DNA from: Promethearchaeota archaeon
Lineage (GTDB): Archaea > Asgardarchaeota > Lokiarchaeia > Sigyniarchaeales > SOKP01
Length of the DNA: 19,176 bases
Assembly (NCBI GenBank): GCA_016930515.1
Contig: JAFGGO010000006.1
Coordinates: 1-19,176, forward strand
Direction: 5' to 3'
This document shows, one piece after another, positions 15,194 to 19,176 of the stretch. Below the pieces are notes generated by a model. The model ran no database searches, was not told the DNA's origin, and saw nothing but the letters and a program-made list of their open reading frames with translations. Numbering within the stretch: the stretch's first letter is position 1; every line of letters starts with the position of its first letter. A program made the translations under genes and the position numbers.

Positions 15194-18151
15194 TCAAGAA
15201 TCGTTAATCTCAGCAAGTATCTTCTCGTTCAGATAATAATATTTCTTTTGCTTACTCGAGATGATGTCCAACTCTTCAAGTTTCTTCACATATTTTTTTA
15301 TAGTGTTATAATGCATTCCCAATTCTTTAGAAAGTTCCGTTAGCAGGCATCCCTCGTCGTTCTTCTTCAAGTATTCTATGATATTTTTACTTTTTTCTCG
15401 AGATATGAAATGCATGAGTTCTGTATCTTGATGTTTCGTTTCGTTATCAAAATATGCGTGTTGATTCCCAATTTGTTCCAACCGTACGAATTGAAATTTA
15501 TTTAACATGTTTACGTGCCATCGAACCACCATCCGGGCAATTTTCGTCTTTTTTATTATCTTGTTAAAGTGAATGCCTGGATTATCTTTAACGCATTTGT
15601 ATATCTTTTTCCTGTTATTATTATTGAGAATATCATCTTTTGTCAATATGGACCCTTCAATGATTAAATTCTTTTTGATTAGAGAACGTATGACTTTTTT
15701 AATTCCGTTTACATTCACATTAATCGAGGCTTTCGAAAACCTCGAATTAAGGTAAGACACGATGGTTATAGGATCAAAATGCTTGTGTTTTTCCACATAT
15801 TCTTGTATCAATTCCAAGGCATAATCCTCGTAAACTAAAACGTCTTCTTTCTTCTTTTCTTCTAATATTGGGGGAACTGTTTCAAGATCTATTAATACGC
15901 CATCTAGGGTTTCTAACCTCTCGCTTGGAGACAAAGAGAGCATTTCCCGTAGAAACTCCTCCTTCATGCTCGGACTAAATCCCAATGTGTCAATATTAGT
16001 AAGAAATTCGTTCGAGACTGTCGTAGTTAAGGGTTTTCCTGCCAAACCCGAAATTTGTTCGAGGGGAATATCGTCTTTGAAGATTTTTAGGAGTTCATCC
16101 TTGTTCGTTAGCTTATTTAATATTTCTTTCGAAGATTTTATTGGTTGTTTTAGTTGTTTTACATTTTTTCCGTGTTTACTTGATTTCTTTCCCTTTATTT
16201 TCTTTTTAGCTATTTTTGACGCCTGCGTGGTTGCTTGTTTTGCGTGATAAACCGAATAACTGGCAGCCGTTGCAACTCCCCCCACGCCAACACTTGCTAC
16301 GACGGTAGTAACAATTATCATCGTAGGGTCGTCTTGATCTCGATGATCTTGATTATCGTCATTAGGAGTTACTTGAATTAATATTTCACATGTGCTTTGG
16401 TATCCCCCATAATCCGATACTTCCAAGACCACCGTATAAATTCCTTGGACCAAGTATTGATGTTGGGGATTTCTATTTGTCGAATTAGTTCCATCGCCGA
16501 ATTCCCAGAGAAAAGAGACTGGGCCAAACCCTCCCGTACCCGTGAAAGTAAATTGAATGATCTCTCTTTCAGAAATACGCGAAATATTTACGATAAAGGA
16601 CACATGCAAGGTCGTATCAATTAACGGATAGTGGTCTCGCGCCCCTGAGGTACCACTTAGATCGTAGGAACTATCTCCTATACCATAAGGTAAAGCCTCG
16701 TCAATGCCCCCATAATCGCTCCATAAATTACCTATTGAACCGTTATCCCATTGATTATTCGTACCGTTATCCATGCCATTTACACCGTTTTGCGTAAAAA
16801 TATTGAGATATATGAGACTATATTCACAATCGTCGTCTAAATTTATTCCATATATCGTATTATAGCTGATATTATTACCTATAACTGAATTATTCACACA
16901 AGTGTCGCTTATATATATCCCACGGCTATTATAGTTAATTGTATTTCTTAATAAAAAGTTAGAACTTCCCTTATATGAATATATTCCGTAAAAGTTGTTA
17001 TTGTCGATATAATTTTCCGAAATGGTGTTATTATCGCAGTTGCCATTTATATAAAATCCGTTATTGTTATAACTTGCGTTGTTTTCTGTAAATGTATTGT
17101 TATCGCAATGGGAATTTAAATAAATCCCACGATAATTATATGAGACATTATTTTCTGAAATGGTATTATTTTCACAATTCTGATGTAAATATATCCCAAA
17201 TTGATGATTGTAAATGTGATTTTCCGTAATATTATTATCAGAACTCGAATAGAAGTGAATAGCCGCATACGTATTTGTAAAGCTCTCCCCTGAGATTACT
17301 GAATGCGAGCAATTGACTAACATAATTTGCCCTGCGTTAGAAAAGTTATCAGATTTTAATCCGATTTGATTTACATAATAATAAAATGGTTTATCATCTA
17401 CTCGATTCGATGTATTGATATCATGGGTGTTTAAATAATCAATTAAACCAGATCCAGTTACATATAGGCCACCTCCATAAATCATATTGTCAAACATATT
17501 TAATCCAAGACAGGAGGAGGAATAAATCCCACAGTAATGTGAATTACGTACCGTGTTTCCCGAAACGATTGTATTAATACATTCGTCGTATATATAAATC
17601 CCATAATCGTTATTACTAACATTATTCCCAAAGATCGTGTTATTATTCGAGTTTTCGCTTATATATATTCCAATACCTTGGTTGTATGAACAATTATTGT
17701 TCAAGATCTGCCCGTTTGAAGCGTTTAAAAGGAAGATTCCCGCGTAAGGACCAGAAGAAGAGTTGAATAAAGTACAATTTCTGACGATAAAATGAGCATT
17801 TGAATTCCTAATTTCGATACAGGAATCTGAACCACCTCCATTAATCGTCACATTCTCGATAACATAAGGGTTTCCTTCCGAACCATTTCCTATCGTGCAC
17901 CAATCTTGCATTCTCGCCCAAGTCCAGTTATACTCTCCCAAATCGTCTATATAAATTGGATCTAACGATGGCCAAAAATCTGAAATTCTCTGCTTTTCCA
18001 AGGGTGAAGCTATTTCAGAAGGCTTTTCAGTTAATGTAATAAAACCTTGAATCAAACATGTGGTAAATATGAAAGTAAATATCGCAAGTAATATTAGGAA
18101 TGATCTTTTCCTCTTGATCTCATATACTTTTCCTGATTTCTTTTTTAACAA
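15194..18151 (-). CDS. Transmembrane protein: NosD/CASH beta-helix + PKD ectodomain, TM helix, cytoplasmic tandem winged-HTH (COG3398/ArsR-like) regulator
   Basis: TTG start with AGGGGA SD. Signal/TM at aa 18-40. GxGSEGNPYVIEN and GIY...N.I..N repeats ending in GNLWSDY...DHYPL (aa 65-510). PKD WEFGDG...NPQHQY..GIYTVVLEVSD (aa 515-595). TM at aa 611-635, then a Lys-rich stop-transfer segment. wHTH units NRKKIYKCVKDNPGIHFNKI...WHVNML and IIEYL...LTELSKELGMHYNTIKKYVKKLEELDII. Confidence 0.88.
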   Translation of the reverse strand: MLKKKSGKVYEIKRKRSFLILLAIFTFIFTTCLIQGFITLTEKPSEIASPLEKQRISDFWPSLDPIYIDDLGEYNWTWARMQDWCTIGNGSEGNPYVIENVTINGGGSDSCIEIRNSNAHFIVRNCTLFNSSSGPYAGIFLLNASNGQILNNNCSYNQGIGIYISENSNNNTIFGNNVSNNDYGIYIYDECINTIVSGNTVRNSHYCGIYSSSCLGLNMFDNMIYGGGLYVTGSGLIDYLNTHDINTSNRVDDKPFYYYVNQIGLKSDNFSNAGQIMLVNCSHSVISGESFTNTYAAIHFYSSSDNNITENHIYNHQFGIYLHQNCENNTISENNVSYNYRGIYLNSHCDNNTFTENNASYNNNGFYINGNCDNNTISENYIDNNNFYGIYSYKGSSNFLLRNTINYNSRGIYISDTCVNNSVIGNNISYNTIYGINLDDDCEYSLIYLNIFTQNGVNGMDNGTNNQWDNGSIGNLWSDYGGIDEALPYGIGDSSYDLSGTSGARDHYPLIDTTLHVSFIVNISRISEREIIQFTFTGTGGFGPVSFLWEFGDGTNSTNRNPQHQYLVQGIYTVVLEVSDYGGYQSTCEILIQVTPNDDNQDHRDQDDPTMIIVTTVVASVGVGGVATAASYSVYHAKQATTQASKIAKKKIKGKKSSKHGKNVKQLKQPIKSSKEILNKLTNKDELLKIFKDDIPLEQISGLAGKPLTTTVSNEFLTNIDTLGFSPSMKEEFLREMLSLSPSERLETLDGVLIDLETVPPILEEKKKEDVLVYEDYALELIQEYVEKHKHFDPITIVSYLNSRFSKASINVNVNGIKKVIRSLIKKNLIIEGSILTKDDILNNNNRKKIYKCVKDNPGIHFNKIIKKTKIARMVVRWHVNMLNKFQFVRLEQIGNQHAYFDNETKHQDTELMHFISREKSKNIIEYLKKNDEGCLLTELSKELGMHYNTIKKYVKKLEELDIISSKQKKYYYLNEKILAEINDS
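16991..17197 (-). repeat. Degenerate 69-bp (23-aa) coding repeats of parallel beta-helix coils
   Basis: GIYLHQNCENNTISENNVSYNYR / GIYLNSHCDNNTFTENNASYNNN / GFYINGNCDNNTISENYIDNNNF. Confidence 0.75.
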
Positions 18152-18577
18152 ATGATATCCCCTTATTTCTCTTGGTTTCTTATTATTATTCCAATATCAT
18201 TTTATTACTTGAATTTATAACAATTCGTGAAATTATAATTTAGAACAATTGATGAAAATCTTGCAAGAATTATTATACCTTATTATGATTTAAAATATTT
18301 AATAAGGAAAAGCATTGACATTCTTGCCAACATCTATTTAGTATTCAACTTATCGTTAATATCCCTAAACTATTTGATTTTAATAAATTTAAATCAAGCA
18401 AGGCGATATATAAATGGGTATAGAACCTTTTTGAAATTTGATTTCTTTAAAAATGGCCAAAGATAACGGATACTTATCAATCTAATACTTGTTAAGAATA
18501 GATTAAGGATCTTGCTTCCATGGATAATTATATCGGAAAAAAAGGAAAAATAAAAAAAATAAATAATATTTAGCTGT

Positions 18578-19176
18578 TTATTTTTGCGATCTATTGTTTC
18601 GAATTCTTTTCAAGTAAATCGTGATCATCGAAATAAAGCAAGTTAATCCAGAAAATATTATTAAATCAAAACCTATGACAGAATTCTCTTCTTCTTTTAT
18701 CGAAACTATGATATAATCGACTTTTGTTTTAGTACTATTATACCCATAACTATCGGTAATTATGAGAGTCACCGTATAGTTGCCTGCAGTAGTGTATTGA
18801 TGCATTGGGTTTTGTTCAGTTGATGTAATACTATCACCAAAATCCCAGAAAAATGATAATTGTCCATTTCCTTCGGTTCCATTGAAGGTGAATCGAACAA
18901 CATCACCTTCAGATATGGTCGTTGCGTTTGCGTAAAAGTCCGCTTCGGGAAGGATCTCGACAAAATCATCAAGAACCTTGATATAGAAGGTCTTGATCTC
19001 AATGTCCCAATCACCATTAGCGTCAGTAACATTTAATATTACAGTATAGATTCCTGCGATTGCGTATAGATGGGTTATCGTGTGAGAGGTCGTCGTAAGA
19101 ATAGGTGTTCCGTTCCCAAAATCCCACGAGTATAACGCAGGAGAGTTTCCTTCGGTTCCATTGAAGGTGAATTGAA
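18578..19176 (-). CDS. PKD-repeat cell-surface protein with C-terminal Loki-CTERM-like anchor; 3' part only, gene begins beyond the right edge
   Basis: The frame of track ORF 18578..18805 is open to the window edge: QFTFNGTEGNSPALYSWDFGNG...HLYAIAGIYTVILNVTD...PEADFYANATTISEGDVVRFTFNGTEGNGQLSFFWDFGD...NPMHQYTTAGNYTVTLIITD...VIGFDLIIFSGLTCFISMITIYLKRIR. This gives two PKD domains, a TM helix and a basic tail. Confidence 0.9.
   Translation of the reverse strand, partial: QFTFNGTEGNSPALYSWDFGNGTPILTTTSHTITHLYAIAGIYTVILNVTDANGDWDIEIKTFYIKVLDDFVEILPEADFYANATTISEGDVVRFTFNGTEGNGQLSFFWDFGDSITSTEQNPMHQYTTAGNYTVTLIITDSYGYNSTKTKVDYIIVSIKEEENSVIGFDLIIFSGLTCFISMITIYLKRIRNNRSQK
18867..19172. repeat. 27-bp exact direct repeat TTTCCTTCGGTTCCATTGAAGGTGAAT (18867-18893, 19146-19172)
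   Basis: Identical copies 279 bp (93 codons) apart, encoding FTFNGTEG in successive PKD domains. Confidence 0.9.

Noticed and set aside
1055-15196. Selenocysteine read-through at the TGA stops (1055, 11630, 15194)
   Set aside because: Each TGA falls at the natural end of a complete domain, one is followed at once by TAA, and there is no redox motif context or recognisable SECIS.
16600-17900. Asn (AAY)-rich repeats as a diversity-generating retroelement target or a CRISPR-like array
   Set aside because: No reverse transcriptase, no TR/VR pair differing only at adenines, and no constant repeat-spacer structure. Normal beta-helix periodicity explains it.
18769-19032. 87-aa track ORF suggesting a frameshifted or split gene
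   Set aside because: It is an alternative frame. The PKD frame reads without interruption from the window edge to the stop at 18578.

Overview
AT-rich, gene-dense archaeal DNA. The gene content (longin-fused small GTPase, EAP30/ESCRT-II-like domains, NosD/PKD surface proteins with a Loki-CTERM-like tail, short XPF, MJ0400-type aldolase) points to an Asgard archaeon, most likely Lokiarchaeia; this is an inference and was not tested by search. I find 17 plausible CDS. Two run off the window edges, and a 47-aa ORF is missing from the supplied track. The left half is mostly metabolic and housekeeping: 3-hydroxyacyl-CoA dehydrogenase, V4R protein, LMW phosphatase, CaCA exchanger, SMP-30 lactonase, nadB, aroA', XPF and acyl-CoA dehydrogenase. 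The right half holds the most unusual genes. (i) A 591-aa protein with an N-terminal hydrophobic anchor and two tandem Vps22/Vps36 (EAP30)-like winged-helix modules. (ii) A longin-GTPase fusion transcribed divergently from a coiled-coil protein with a patch resembling an R-SNARE. (iii) A 985-aa single-chain receptor-like transcription factor with a glycosylated beta-helix and PKD ectodomain, a Gly/Val/Ala-rich TM helix and cytoplasmic tandem winged HTH domains. No rRNA, tRNA, CRISPR array or transposase was seen. All family assignments come from motifs recognised by eye; no database searches were run.
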